A stretch of 64,000 nt of DNA from Squalus acanthias (lineage: Eukaryota). Both the position numbers and the translations under genes were made by a program. Location: the NCBI GenBank assembly GCA_030390025.1, contig CM059440.1:23312001-23376000 (forward strand), in the 5' to 3' direction. Every line of letters starts with the position of its first letter. The stretch's first letter is position 1. Positions 12,711-26,899 of the stretch are shown here, piece after piece. The notes beneath the pieces were generated by a model. That model was given only the letters and a program-made list of their open reading frames with translations, ran no database searches and had not been told where the DNA came from.

Positions 12711-13474
12711 TGAGTTTGTGTCATTTTACTGGGGTAGGGTACAGAGGGAAGTGAAGGACCCCTTTTGTAATCGGCTCGGCTAATCTTGCTATGTCTGAAT
12801 AATTGTCTATTCCAGGATAAATTAATTGCATGTGAATGATGTTTGAGGGAGTGCTACTGACTGAAATCTTACCAATGCAATAGGGATCCCTTCAACTTGT
12901 GCTTTGTAGGCCACTGATTTACACAGCAGTGATTTTACAGGACTCTGCTGTTTTCCATTTAATTTCAGCCTGATTTGCGCTTGGGAGATGGCTGTTGCTG
13001 CTGAGAATTAGGAATGTTTGTTTCATTTATTCCACCTAGCGTTTGCTTCCAAGTTGACTGCCACGTGGATTAGATGTGAAATACAAGTAGCAATGTGCCC
13101 TCCCCCTACTGTGCCAATGTTGAGATTTTAATTTTCTGTACCAAACCTGTGATCTAACAGAGTATGGTTGCTAAGTTAGGGGCTGTGGACTCATGCCTTT
13201 AAGAACCTGGGTTGAGACTGTCGAAACTCAACGGAGTACTGTGTGGTAATCCACTATGTCACTTGGTCCACCTACACCAACCTACTTAAATATGTGGGTG
13301 CAACTCACTGTGTGTTTTCTGGGCGTGTTTTATTCTCGGATCGGTGTTCTCGGCTTCTGCACCTCAGGAATTCTGAATAATGGGAATGAATTGTTTTGTG
13401 CTTCTGGGTTTAAATATTTGGATGTGTTTTATCTGAAGTCAAAGGAATGATCATAAATTGCCTCCTGTGCACAG

Positions 13475-13526
13475 GCTTTTGCTGTTTGTGGATGAGGCGG
13501 ATGCGTTCCTTCGAAAGAGAGCAACA
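13475..13526 (+). CDS. ATAD3A: ATAD3A coding exon with Walker B
   Basis: gcacag|GCTTTTG...GCAACA|gtaagt; 52 nt; LLLFVDEADAFLRKRAT. Confidence 0.97.
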
Positions 13527-14373
13527 GTAAGTGTATTACCCACATGTCCTTTTGAAATGTTTTGGGGAACAGAAATAATCATTGGGGCAAGGAGGCGGAG
13601 CTTGTCCCATAGCCCTGATTAGTTGCGAACATTTGTAAAGAGTGAAATTGTTGACTAACGTCTTTCAGTTTCAATTTTTTTCCCCCTGAATTTCTGTTTT
13701 ATTCCTGTCCCAGTTCCACTCTGCCTTAGGGCACCATCAGTGGGCCTTGGTTGGCCCAGTGGGAGGGTGGGCCTTGGTTGATCAGGCAGGGAGGTGTGCA
13801 CTGGCTGGGTTTACTTCCATCCTCCTCCATTAGTAATTGGGTACGGTGGGGTAGCGTCATTCCTGGATATGATCCTCCTCGTTCAGCTTGGGTTTGGGAT
13901 TTTCATCTGTGTCTGGTGGCTTTTGTGTCTGAGCTTGCTGCTCTTTCTGCTTCACGTGTGCTTTGAAAATTTATTGAAGTGTGAAAGAGAAAACAGCATT
14001 TTGCTCTTTTTTATCACCTCCGCTCTGAGCCCTGCTGGGAGCAGCAATGCAGGTCCTGCAGCTGTCGCTTTGAATTGGTTTCTGGTAATGAGTTTAACCC
14101 TTGGAGGAAGTGCTTGAGAGTGGTGCAGATTGGTAATGAGGGCGCTAGAGAAGAATTCATGCAGCTGCACACCTGAACTTCGTCCCTTCATCTGGCTCAG
14201 ACACTGCACCACAAGCTCCATTATGCCCTATATCTGAGTTAAGCAGATAAAATGCTTGATATTTAGATGCATTACAGTTTTCAACAGCTGATTGGTGTTG
14301 CAAGTTTTTTGTTTAGGAATTAGGAAAAGTGCTACTTGTTTATATTTTTTTCTGCTTCGATATGTTTTTATAG

Positions 14374-14444
14374 GAAAAGATTAGTGAAGATCTGAGAGCG
14401 ACACTGAATGCATTCCTGTACCGAACGGGGGAGCAGAGTAACAA
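14374..14444 (+). CDS. ATAD3A: ATAD3A coding exon (human exon 13 equivalent)
   Basis: tttatag|GAAAAG...AACAA|gtaggt; 71 nt; EKISEDLRATLNAFLYRTGEQSNK. Confidence 0.96.
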
Positions 14445-16599
14445 GTAGGTAATCAGTCTTCAAATCAGAAGACAACAGGTCAATTAGCATCTGAAAGAGG
14501 GAGTTAGGACCCTTCATCAGAAGGCATCTGTTTAACCCTCTTTATGTCCTTCTCGCCTAATGTGCAGTAAATTGCAGGGTGTAGCATTCGATGTGGAGGG
14601 TTATGTTGGGTGTTTCAGCTAGATTATTTGGAAAGGGAAATTTGCTGAAAATCCAACTGATGACATTGTGCGGTAAGTGTGGCGGCTGATTTGGGGTAGT
14701 TTTATTCCCTGGAAACAGTCTGAAGGAAACAACATCAGACGGTATCTGGGGTTTAATGGAAAAACAACCGTAAACTGGTAAGCACAATGTGCCACAGTGG
14801 TAAAAAGGGAAAACAGGATCGTGGGATGCAACGCTTGAGCAATAGAGCACACGTCCTAATGAGCGATTACTTGGCTTGTAGAAAGCCCCCCACCTTGAGT
14901 ATTGTGTACAGTCCAGGGCACCATGCCATGGGGGGATCCATCCTGGCCTTGGTGGAAGTATAAAGAAGGGCAGCTAAGTTGATAACTGGGACTGGGCCCC
15001 TGAGCTGCGAGGAATGCCTACAGATAATTTTTACATTGGATTAAAGGTGGCTTAAAGAAAAAAACTCATTCTCCGGATTGGGCATCACTGGCAAGGCCAG
15101 CATTTAATTACTTTAGCGAGTTGGGGAGGAATGAGTTTTTCTGAAATTGGCCACCATGTTTTTTTGTGCCTCTCCCAGGAGTTAGTTTTACTAACGGCTG
15201 GGGACACAGGGCACAATCTGATGGACAGGGTATTCGGTGATGGGCCTTTTCTCATCTTTATATGTTGATATAGATGTGGATGCAGTCCTTCCCTCTAACT
15301 GCTGAGACAGACTGAAGTGGCGAAGCACCTGCCATACAATGCTGCAGTGTAATTTACAATGGAGCTCCGAGTGCGCGCTCGGGTACTCCACTTAATTTTC
15401 ATTTTTAAACACACTGTTCCCAATCACAGCCCAGATCAATAAAAGCCTTTATCTTAATCCTCAAACAAAAGAATTTATCTGTATTCTTGCACAGTGTGTT
15501 ACTGGTCTCCATTTTGGGGAAGGAACGGCCTCCATTTTAATGTGAATGTTATAGCTCTTTAAGATATACAAGCCTAACGAGACGACATTTCACTTGTCTG
15601 AGAGTGCACACTGCAGCAATCATAGCCCATCATCCATCTTTGGCAGGAAATTCAGTTGACCACCCAGTTCAGCTCTTTGTTATGCTTTCGTTTAAAAAAA
15701 AAATCTATTTATATGGCATCCTAATACTGTCATTCACAGTCTCCATAATTGCAACACAGAGGTGAATAAATCTGTGGTTCTTGGCCATGTGCTTTTATGG
15801 TTATTGAGTGAAGTCGGAATGCTAACGCACTTATCAGTTAGAAGCCTTATCAGCACTTCCCAGCTAACCTCTGTCACGCGTCCTGCTTATTGATCGTCAC
15901 CCAGCCCTTTAAGCCTGCTTTTTAAAATGGTTGATTGAAGGGAAAATTGTTGTCTAAAGGAAGAAGACATTTGCAGTTCAACTAAAAGGAACTGAGCCAT
16001 TTAATAAGCAGCAGCTCACAGTTCCAACTTGAAAGGTATTTTCTATTCGAAGATTAATTCTTAGTTAATGCCCGATTGCCTATCTGCTTTTAAAAGGTGT
16101 CTTGCTTTATTTTTGTAAAACTGGTGCGATCCCATGGTTCTGCTCGTGGTGAGTCGGGATTATGATAGAATTTTGAGGCGATGAAGCAAGAAAGGTAATG
16201 GCAGTGTTTTTTCTTTGGCTCAAAGGCAGTCCAAAAAACAAAACGTGATTTTTTTTTTTAATTCCCTTCCAGGTGCTTACATATATTGTATAGATTTTCT
16301 GGGTGTAATTTTACTTTCTGTTTTTTTGGTTGAAATGTAGTACGTGACAGTGATGATGGTTGGCTCAGAGTTATTAAGCCCAACACGACGGTTAAGATGC
16401 GGTCGTATTCTGTTGGTTTTCCCTCCCTCGGTGTCTCTGCAATTCTTTTGATGGTTTCCCCCCAAACCATCAGAGTGAATAATTTCTCCAGCTCAAGTTT
16501 CCCTCTGGCATTCAGCACTCCTGTTTCAAACACAAATATTGAAGTAAATGATGACACTTTATTTTAAAAATGTACAGAAACATCATGGTGTAGGTTGCC

Positions 16600-16961
16600 A
16601 CAGGGCTTGACCGGGTAGGTGCAGGGAGGATGTTTCCCCTGGCTGGGGAGTCTAGAACTAGGGGTCACAGTCTCAGAATAAGGGGTCGGCCATTTAGGAC
16701 GGAGATGAGGAGAAATTTCTTCACTCAGAGGGTGGTGAATCTTTGGAATTCTCTACCCCAGAGGGCTGTGGAGGTTCAGTCGTTGAGTATATTCAAGACA
16801 GAGATTGATAGATTTTTGAATATTAAGGGAATCAAAGGATATGGGGATAGTGCAGGAAAGTGGAGATGAGGAAGATGATCAGCCATGATCTTATTGAATG
16901 GCAGAGCAGGCTCGAAGGGCCAAATGGCCTACTCCTGCTCTTATTTCTTATGTATGTTCTT
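16600..16961 (+). mobile_element. CR1 LINE 3' end
   Basis: ORF 16630-16869 MFPLAGESRTRGHSLRIRGRPFRTEMRRNFFTQRVVNLWNSLP plus tail. Confidence 0.92.
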
Positions 16962-17389
16962 AAACATCATCGTATCAGCACACAATTTTAAGCACAAGTT
17001 GAAATGGAAATAAATTGGGTGTGACGGTGGCTGTGAAGGAACCCTTGACTTACTATCCCTCCTACCCAAGTACTGCCAGGGTTGCACTGAGGGAGCGTGT
17101 GCGGGAAAGGTACAGTGAGGGAGGAATGTTCAGAAAGAGTTCTGTAATTTACCTTGAAAGCCCTGAGGTTCAGAAGATTAAATTCCTTGGGTAATCGGAG
17201 TACTCCTCTTAAGAGGAATTGACCCCAAGAGATGCAGAAAATTCTGCTTACCCTGGCTATAATCACCGTACCATTGGGCTCTGGGGTTTACAGCTGCTGT
17301 CAGTTGTCCAAAGTGGTAGCAGGCTTTCAACATGAACTGGGGTTCATGGTCTGAAGCTCTGCAATTCCTGGGCAATAAGTTCAGGAGAG

Positions 17390-17920
17390 TGTCATAACAA
17401 GTAATTTACACCCCTCTGCCAGCCTTATACAGACAGGCTAGATGCGAAAGGGGTCCTGATAACAAATCTTCCTTGAGCATTCAAATCAGAGACTCCATTT
17501 GATGGCTTGTCTGTGGCTAGGGTCACCAAACTAGCATGGCTTTCTTCCATCAGTCGTTAGTATCTTTTGTATCCGAGTAGCTGGGTGTCGATTTGCAGTA
17601 ATCTACTTGAAAAGCTCAGCCTGTAGAGGGGAGGGGTGTATAGATTACATAATCCATTAAGATTTTGAGGCTTTGAAGAAGAATAGGGCCCATGGAATTC
17701 ATGGCAAATTAATTTAGCAGCAAAAAGAAGACAGTAATGACAAATGGACATGGTTGGATCTGTTGGGGAGAGTGAGCAGCAACCTGTCTGGGGCACCCTC
17801 TACTATGCTAGTTCTGAACTGGTGGCTGTGTTCAAAATTTGCTGATGGCACCAAGCTCTGGTCAGGCAACTAGTGTGGGGAGGGACAAATTAAGTGAATG
17901 GGCAAGTGAATCATGGCTGG
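17390..17920 (+). mobile_element. Highly degraded CR1 RT fragment
   Basis: Remnant of the KFADDTKL motif (caaaatttgctgatggcaccaagct) and LSEWA motif. Confidence 0.55.
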
Positions 17921-18557
17921 AATATATAGTTTTACTTAAATACTAGTGTAAATTGTCAGTCACCGTGAGATTAGAATTTTTCCTCCTTCAAAGTCTTGGT
18001 AATGACTGGAATTTGCATCAAAAGGAATTGAACTAGTATTGAACACTAGCTGTAGTAATAAACTGACCGAGCATCAGGCTATGACGCTGATTCGAAGGCT
18101 AAATTTAGACATTGGTTGCAAATATTCAACGCGACAGCTGTAGCACAGTTGTATGTGCAATGCAGCCAGTCATTGTTGGAGAAATGCACATCGATTTTTC
18201 TCGAGCTTTTTTTTTAAAGTATTCCTGTGACTGCTCACCTTCCTCGGGAGATGAAAACTTCGGGGTGAGTCTGTAATAGTGCACGCTTTATACTGTTTGT
18301 GGATGTGCAGATTTGCGGGGTCTGCAGATTGTAGATTATGCAGGGTCTAGGGACAAGCTGGCTGCAGATTGTACAGGGTCTGAGGACAGTCTGGTGCAGA
18401 TTGCACTGGGTCTGCTCATACAAGAGTGCTTGATGTGAAGAATGACCTTTCAACATTCTTTGCTTTGCTCTGGGTAACACTAAATATAGCATCCTTTTGA
18501 CTACAGCAATTGTTGCAACTAGATTTTTTTTCCCTGTGACCAATAGATTTCCCCATA

Positions 18558-18918
18558 CAGGAAACTCTTTATTAACCGGCACCGACGGGACCGGCATGGT
18601 GCCGGTTAATCAAAAAGTCCGGATAACGGAGAGTTATATCTCCCAACGTACGAGAGCCCCGTACACATTGACATGCGCCTGCATTCGGAGCTCCGTCTCC
18701 CCGGGGACCGCCAGCTGACCATCTGTCGTGTCCGCTGCCTACCCGGGCTGCACATTCCCCTCCCAATCTACACGCTCCGATACAAGGCAAACACCTCGGG
18801 GTCTTTTTTAAAGTTAATTTTAAACGAGAGATGAAGGAAAACCCCGGTTACCTACTCAATTTTGCCGGTTAAGAGAGATTTCCGGATATTTGGGTGCCGG
18901 TTAATAAAGAGTTTCCTG
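18558..18918. mobile_element. Tc1/mariner (pogo/Tigger-like) MITE
   Basis: Perfect 26-bp TIRs CAGGAAACTCTTTATTAACCGGCACC; TA on both flanks; 361 bp, no transposase. Confidence 0.9.
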
Positions 18919-20589
18919 TAATTAGTGGGGGGGGTTTCCACTAATTTCCTTTGTTTTAATGCAATTTGTTGACTGGAAAAAAGGAGCCAGGTTTTGCAAG
19001 GGATAGTTTGAAGTCTGTAACTTGGGGGGTTTAGCAAAACCCAAAAGTTGCTCCCATATATTTGCATAGAAAAAGCAGGATTTCACCTACATGGGGTACA
19101 TGCACGTTTGTATGCAAATCTACACTCGTCTGAGCACAAGGGATGGAAATAATGCAATTACACAAATTTCCATCTGTGATTCACCTCCTAGATTGGAAGT
19201 GAAACTGAGCTGCTCGCCGTTAGATCAGAGTGTTCGGAAATTCATGAAATTGAATCTCGAAATAAAAAGTGCATGAGGAGTGTTCAGTTTCTCCAGGACA
19301 GGCCACATCACTGCTTCAAACAGCACCCGTTGATTGTGGTTGTAAATGATGGTGAATCAAGCATGAATATTTAGTGACTACAATCACTCTTCTGAAAGGC
19401 ACTGGAGGTCGAGTGGATGCTGTTAAAGTTTACAGGTTCTCGTGCTTGTTTTCCAGCCCCCCCTCAATGAGGGCGCTTAGCTAAACTTCTCTCTGCTTTT
19501 TGCATCAAATGGGGTTGGCTCCTGATGGGAAGCCATTGGGTTTTTAGGCCTGAAACACAAGCTTGTTTTAAATGTCCAGTCCAGGTATTGGGCCAGCATT
19601 AGATTTAAGTTAGGTTTCAGAAATAAGACTTTTAACAGTTTGTATTTCTGTTGATTTATTTTTTTTTTGCTCTTATTTTATATATGATTTTTTTTAAAAA
19701 CCTACTTAATTTCTTTGTCACAAATGTTGTTTAAAAAATACCTGGATGGGGACTGATTTGCCTCTAGCCTTGAAGCACATTATAGCCCAGGAAGGGCTCT
19801 GTGAAGAACGTGGTGCAGCTTAAAAGCCATTTACCAAGGGCTGACTGGGTGGGGGGAGGGGAGGAGTGGGAGAGAGAGACTTCTACGGGGTAGGAACACT
19901 GGAGCACTCCCACTGCCAACTGGGCAGTAACGCGCGCAGCATTGAGGGGTTCTCGAGGCGGTCACCACTTGCCCTCCAGAGAAGTGTATGTAATGAGTAA
20001 AAGGGCAAAATTATTTGAGCACGCACGGAAAGATGAGGGGGACCAGGATCTTGGTGTGCGACCTGTACTTGTTCACCACCACCTTGACAACTAAGGATGG
20101 GCAATACATGTGGCCTTGCCAGCATCGCCCATATCCAGAGAGTGTTTTTTTAAAAAAAATACACCACTTACGTCCGTCCAGAAAGTAACGGTACTGTGGG
20201 TTCGGATAGCACCAAGAGCATGTCAATCCAGATATACCAGTGGCATGTCAACCAGACAGCGGTGCTAGTGCCTGAGAGAGATCAGTCAGGAAACCAATGA
20301 CTGTCTACAAGGTTGTTTGAACTATTATAGTCTGTCGGATTAATTATTTAAACAGTGTATTTGAGTAGCATCCTGCCCATGTGTAATTAATTGCTTAACG
20401 GTGACTTTGATCTTCAGGACAGAGGATTTTGTTGCTTTTGTTCTCTGTTGTTGCAGAGTCTTGACTCCCACGCAGGCCGCATGTGTTCTGCTGAATCGAT
20501 GCCCTGGGCGGCTGGGAGTATTGACTTTCTTTTGAGGAGATTTTCTCCTTGATTGAGATCATATCTATTAAGTACATGTAAAGCTGTTC

Positions 20590-20935
20590 CCCCGGTGAGT
20601 CAGCAACTTTGTCCAGGGTGTAACCGTGCCACGCAGACCACAAAGGTCCCAGGCAGTGCCTGGTGTGCGTTGAGTTCCCTGATCTCTGTTGGGGAAAGAG
20701 GTTGGAGGTGATACGGTTGGCCATTCAGATCCGGGGGACAATCAGCCAGGGTTCCTACGCCTGATCACTGACCAGTAACCCCTGCTGGAAGCTTGTGTGT
20801 GGGCGTTTTGAGGACGGGGTTGAGTTCTGCTGTGATGCCCCCTCCCCTCTGTCAAATAGCATGCTAACACTTGCTGTCTAGGCTTGCCCTTGGAAGTTGC
20901 CCATTTGGAAGAGGTACCGGAGGACGATCAGTGCC
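20590..20935 (+). mobile_element. Old SINE-like interspersed repeat (related copies at about 34790-35430 and 43625-43900)
   Basis: Shared blocks among the copies: (a)gccac(a/g)cagacca, aatcagccagggttcct, gaagaatggcca. Confidence 0.55.
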
Positions 20936-22119
20936 TGTGGGACCCATGCCCCAGCAAGGCACAGTGCCTTCAGGAAGGAAGAAAATTGCAAACAATGCAC
21001 ATAAAACAAATTGAAGCTGTGTCGAGCAGTCGTGCTCCAGTAAATGTTCTTTATGTGAATTTTACAGTTGGATGCTTTCATTATTAAGCAGCAAAGCGCT
21101 CCGTTATACATTGTGCCCCCCATGATTTTCCTTCAGTGAATATTTATCATCATCTTGGCAATCAATTTCCGATATTAATAGCTAACTTTCTAGTTAGGAG
21201 GCTATTTCATAAGTCTTAATATGGAAAAAGTCCACTTGCCAGGATTCCACACAGTATTATTCTGTCCATTAGTGCCAGTGTGCAGCAGGAAATATTTGCA
21301 CTTAAACCAGTAGCTTTAATGTTGTATTATATGCCATTTAATTCATCCCCTCAAATTTGCCCCACTATCTGTGACAGTACTTCACCTGCTGTTATATATC
21401 CCAAAGTACTCTCTCCAAACGCAATGCAAGTTTGGAAGGACATTATCTATAATTGTGCTGCTGAGGATTTTCACAGTTGAAGCAGGCAGTGTGAATTTCA
21501 CACATCCGCCATTACACTTTACTGAACTCCCAGTGACACTGATTTTTTTTATGTTCCTAAAGAAAAATGACTGGCGTCGAACTTTGCTGAGAACTGGATC
21601 GACTGGTACCCAAATTCATTTCACTGAGGACCTGTAACAGATATGAGATCAGATGTTCATCCCATCAATTTCTGGGTTTTTTTCAAGCCAGGTTCTGGCC
21701 CTGCCTGCTAGCCTATCTTTTTTTCTTCTCCACTCTACCCTCCTTTAGTGTCTTAACAAAGTTGAGAGCTGATCCCAGCTGTTTCATCCCCATGTACAGC
21801 CTCTCCCATTAATCCTGGTAGCTGACTGCTTTTGTTGTTGTTTTTCTTTTGTGAACTTGTTTGATGTAGAGACGCTTCAGGTAAAGGATGAATTTGAAGC
21901 CTGGGCTGATCAATTCACAAAGAAACAAATATGAAAAAACATCGTGAAATGAGTTTTTAGTAATGATTTGCCCTTCTGATGCTCTGCAGTGGGACACATT
22001 GCAATCTGCAGGTCACCCAAACACTCCCTACTGTGATATGTTAACCTGCCTTCAAAGGATTGTTTGAACTGATATCCTGGACACTCCACTCGTTAATGCT
22101 CATCTGTTTTTCTGTACAG

Positions 22120-22287
22120 ATTTATGCTGGTGTTGGCTAGTAATCAACCGGAGCAGTTTGACTGGGCCATCAATGATCGTATTGATGAAATTGTTAACTT
22201 TGGTCTGCCAGGACTCGAGGAGAGGGAGCGACTGGTCAGGTTATATTTTGACAAATACGTCCTGAAACCTGCCACAGAGGGGAAACA
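22120..22287 (+). CDS. ATAD3A: ATAD3A coding exon (sensor 1 / arginine finger)
   Basis: gtacag|ATTTATG...AAACA|gtacgt; 168 nt; [56 protein letters not shown]. Confidence 0.97.
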
Positions 22288-24354
22288 GTACGTGCTCTAA
22301 CTTACTCTTGTTAAATGATGTTTTAGAGACTGTTGGGTAATCGTGCTGCGATCCTTCCATTCCACTTTTAACCTTTTTGTTTTTTTAATGTCTCTTCCTC
22401 CTTCCTCGCCCCCATTTTAACCTACCACCCTGCATTGTGTTGAGAGAGTGGATGGGCTGCCTCCTGTTAAGGCAACGAACAGTGCCGGGATGTGCAGAAA
22501 GTGGTTTGTTCTCCTATTTTAATTGAAGTTTCCTGTTCCTGAGGAGGAACATCCCTCTTTTAAGTATGTTCTAGTTGAAGTTTCATTGGGGCTACACACT
22601 TGGAGAGCAGCAGCTCTACCTGGCCAAGACTAGAGTAGCCCATCACTTACCAAGGAGCTGCAATGCTCCGAGTCTGGCCTGTTGGCAGTTATAAACATGG
22701 GCAGCATGCTCTCATCTGTTGAATGGGCAAACCCTTTGGGCCAAGCTTCCACTTAAGAATACAGCTCCTTCATTTATTTGCCCCTTCCCTGATTCCCCAC
22801 ACATCATTCACTGATTGAGAGCGATGACGAAGGATCCGTTTTGGGCACTGGGAGGTGAGAACGCAGCTCAGGGTGAAACTTCCTGCTCTCTTTTTCACTT
22901 AATTGTTCGTACAGCTTCCACGTGAAACTGAATCCTCACCATCAAATGGACAGCGAGTATCTCATTGGCTTAAAGCCAGTGATGATGATGCCCTTCCAAT
23001 CGACCCAGTGGTTGGTCTAGTGAACTTCCCATTTTTGAGTGCAGCCTGCAGAGTTGGTTTCACATTAACAGCTAGATTCTTTTTTGAAATCACTGCCCCA
23101 AGTGTAACCAACTATAGGAATGTTTGTACTCTTAATTTTGCACCTGGTTTGTTGATTTATAGGTTGAGCACAATTTGTTCTTTGATTAAACTGTAACCTG
23201 TCTGAATCTAGTAAAGGTGAAATCTGTTGAGCTAAGGTGACTCTACCATTCCCCCACCCTGTGCTTTTTACAGTCCCTCAAACAATTAGCCCCTATTATC
23301 AATTAGATGCTTAGATTTCCCATTTCAGGTCAAAACCTGCAACAGACAGAAGTTACTGTAATTATTGAGTAACTGACACCTTTTTTTCTACTAATATAAA
23401 AGGTACAATATGGGCCACAATAACCATCTGCTGTTAAACTCTGACAGTGATGATGCTGTGCATGGAAGGGAGGGAGGGCTACAAGTTTAGAATGCGGGTG
23501 CCCTGCAGATTTGTACAAGTGCTGTTTCTGCATCAGTGCCAATCAATAGCTCTGCCCAGGAGCCTGGTTTACACTCGAACAGGAGCTTGTTCTTTGGACT
23601 GTGTGTAGTGGGAGTGGAGGTCTGATTTCATCGAGCTACTGTTTGCCACTCGCAAATCTGAATTCAGTGGCTTCCGAACACGACCCTGCACACGGTCTGC
23701 TTGTCCCTTTTGCTATCTGAAACGTGCCCAAAAAAACCCCGCTACATTTCTTTTGAAAGTAGTGATGTTCTTGAAATCTCCACGCGGATAAAGAATTAAT
23801 CTGATTTACGATCAAAATGACATTGGGAGCTTTATATTAGATGGAGCTACAGTGACGCAAGGTTTTTGAAGCACGGTCTTGTGCATGATTAGCGTTCATG
23901 TGCAACCCAGGAAAGGGCAAAAGCAGAGAGAATTAAAGCTAACAAGTGTCAAAGCTGCGGTACGGATCAGGGAGTGTGACAGCTGTCTGAGGAAGCCATG
24001 TAGAAGTTTGAGCCAAATCCTTGAATGTTCAACCTTTTTAAATTGTGCCTTAGGTTTTATTGTTTTTTTATCCTGTTGGGCAACTCCCCCTTTTTTTTAA
24101 TGAAAAACGCAGCAATCACATTTGTGAAGAATTATTAAGATGAATCCTATTTTGTTTTTAAGCAATTTTATTTAAATATTGTTTTTATGATGTCAGACAA
24201 ATTTACTTGGAGCTGCTGAGCCCAGACTGATGCCGTTGATCCAGGCTATATCGCTGATCATCGCTAGTTCAAACATGTTTGAATTCAGTTCCCTTCAGTA
24301 ACTCCTGCCAAGCCTGCTATCGGCAGTCACTGTTTCACTCCAATAGTCATTAAA

Positions 24355-24514
24355 AACATAGAAAAATAGGAGCAGGAGTCGGCCACTCGGCCCTTCGAGC
24401 CTGCTCCGCCATTCAATATGATCATGGCTGATCCTCTATCTCAATACCATATTCCCGCTCTCTCCCCATACCCCTTGATGCCTTTTGTGTCTAGATGATG
24501 CCTTTTGTGTCTAG
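24355..24514 (-). mobile_element. Short CR1 3' end
   Basis: Same subfamily as 5305-5705; ends in a 20-bp tandem duplication tgatgccttttgtgtctag. Confidence 0.85.
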
Positions 24515-25494
24515 TAGGTGGGGAGGGAGCTCTTTGTTAAAGGGATGGTGCGAGGACGAACTTTTGTTAAAGGGGCGGTGCTGCTGTAGTGGGGAGTTTA
24601 CAGGCCCCACTCCTGAAACCTTTAGTGATCACTCTGACCCTGAGCGTAGGATCCAGTAAAACTCTTTCTTTCGGTGGTGTTTTTACTAGAATAGCAGCTG
24701 CCACATTTCAAATGTCGAGCTACTGAATTGAGTTGAACAGAAACCACATCCTACAGCCTGACCTAACGGCTCCAGAGCATCTCAAAAACCGCTGCTACCC
24801 TCCATCCAATCCTATCAAACCTGACTTTTTGGGGCAGGGGTGTGAGGTGGAAACTAACTAAACAACAATTCAATAAAATATAGTCATATCAGATTTTACT
24901 GAAAGTCACCACTGGTTCTGTCAACATTACAGCTGGCATTTGCTCGTGTTTTCATGTGTGTGTTTTGTGATATTTTACAGAATTGCACGCCCAGAGGAGC
25001 TCAGCTGCAGCTGTCAAAAAAAAAAATGAAGAGTCTTTCATTTTATCAATTTAGGCTCGATTCCAAGTTGGGTTCCAGGGACAACACACTTGTTCACTGG
25101 GCCATGTGTGCCTCTTGCATGAAGTTTGCAAATATCAGAAGTTTGACATTGAGTTATTGCCTTAACTCGATTAAACTCTCTGCCAGGCACTCCTTATTGT
25201 ATAGTTTAGTGAATGGTGTTTACGACATTCTTCAGTGTTGTACATGATGTGGTACACACCCAGTGATGAATGTTAATGGTAATAAAGCCATGGATAACTT
25301 GGAGTGATATGGGATTACCTGCTGGCTACAAAATTATTACAAATAGTGTTGTGTTTTTTTTTTACAGTATTTGCAATGGGCAGATGACCAGCCAGCTAAA
25401 GGCTGTTTATTCCTGTGTATAAACTGCACTCCTAGGCATGAAACTGTTTGCCCCATTATATAAGCTGCACCTGTTGGTTTGAAGCTGTTTGACC

Positions 25495-25862
25495 CAGCCA
25501 AGTCCCACTTCAGGACTTGAGCACATAATCTAGGCTGACACTCTATGCAGTATTGAGGGACTGCTGTATTGTCAGAGGTTCTGTCTTTCAGATGAGATGT
25601 GTTCAGGTAGACTGATAACCTCTCTTGGGCCTATTTGAAGAGGAGGAGGGTGTTTCTCCTTGTGCCCTGACCAGCATTCATCCCTTAACCATTGCAAACA
25701 AAACAGATTAACTGGTCATTCATCTCATTACTGTTTGTGGGACCTTCCTGTGCACAAATTTGCTGATGTGTTTTCCCCACATAACAGCGATGCTTAAAAA
25801 GTAATTCATTGGCTGTGAAGCGTTTTAGGATATGGAAAGTGCTATATAAATGTGAGTTCTTG
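25495..25862 (+). mobile_element. Deu-domain SINE, diverged
   Basis: caagtcccacttcaggacttgagcac...gctgacact...tgtgcacaaatttgctg...gctatataaatg. Confidence 0.75.
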
Positions 25863-26128
25863 TTTTATGGAGGCTGCACCCCCTAGCGTAAAGCTGTTTG
25901 TCTCAATGTATAAACTGTACCCCTTGGCTTGAGGCACTCTGTCCCAGAATATACGCTGAATCCCCAGGCTTGACTGTCATAAGGCATGTGAAGGTGCCTT
26001 GTAGTGTTGAACATTGAGCGGTAAAAATGTCCACACGTCAGTAGGTGAAAGTTGAACCTAAAGGGGTTCACTAGCCATGGACGCTTGTCATTTACAGCAC
26101 CCAGTGACCACCTGATTCTGTTTCACAG

Positions 26129-26237
26129 GCGCCTGAAAGTGGCACAATTTGAATATGGCAAGAAATGCTCTGAGCTTGCAAAGGTGACTGAAGGGATGTC
26201 GGGCAGAGAGATTTCCAAACTCGGAGTGGCCTGGCAG
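26129..26237 (+). CDS. ATAD3A: ATAD3A coding exon (human exon 15 equivalent)
   Basis: ttcacag|GCGCCTG...TGGCAG|gtacgg; 109 nt; [36 protein letters not shown]. Confidence 0.97.
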
Positions 26238-26899
26238 GTACGGCTTTTATTTAATTCACATAATATCATTTGAATGCTCAATACCCGGGACTATGATAAA
26301 TCTAATCAACATTTATAGAATATCCACTTATCGTGGCGAGATCAGGAAAGGTGCATGAAAGTGGTTCGTTCTCATTAAATAATCTGAACATTTCCTCTCC
26401 CTCAGTTGGAATGTTTGTGCAGATATTCAATGAGTCTCTCTTTCAGGGTTAAGCCATTGTTGGTCAACCCCTCGAATCCGGGTGACCAAGCGTTCTGTCT
26501 TCGAGGGCTACACTTGGGGGGGACCTGCTGAAATCCTCTGAGATGGCGCTGAAAACATTGACTTCCCCACCCCATCGGACCCTCTGATCGTCCCAGCTGC
26601 AGCTTTTACTCCAATTGATCTAGGTTATCATCTCTGGGAACTTGGGGGGTGTGTGTGGCTTTATTCTCTCTCTATCTTAATGGATTTTGAAATGCTGAAA
26701 AATTCTGATCCGGCTTTCTGTGAAATTGTATCCCTGGAAGATTTGATTGCATTTGGGAATTGGATTAAATACTTCAAAAAAATAAATATTTGCAGGGGAG
26801 TGGGACTAATTGGGTAGCTCTTTCAAAGATCTGGTGCAGGCGTGATGGGCTGAATGGTCTCCTCTGTGCTGTATGATTTTAAATACACTTGCTCTTTGC

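Noticed and set aside
14455-14530. Another CTGATGA motif (on - strand); a similar decayed Penelope-like remnant lies at about 51915-52010
   Set aside because: Too decayed; no intact stem II plus GAAA, so not called a ribozyme.
26680-26760. Possible intronic C/D snoRNA in the duplicated segment
   Set aside because: No proper RUGAUGA box or terminal stem; better explained as a local duplication.
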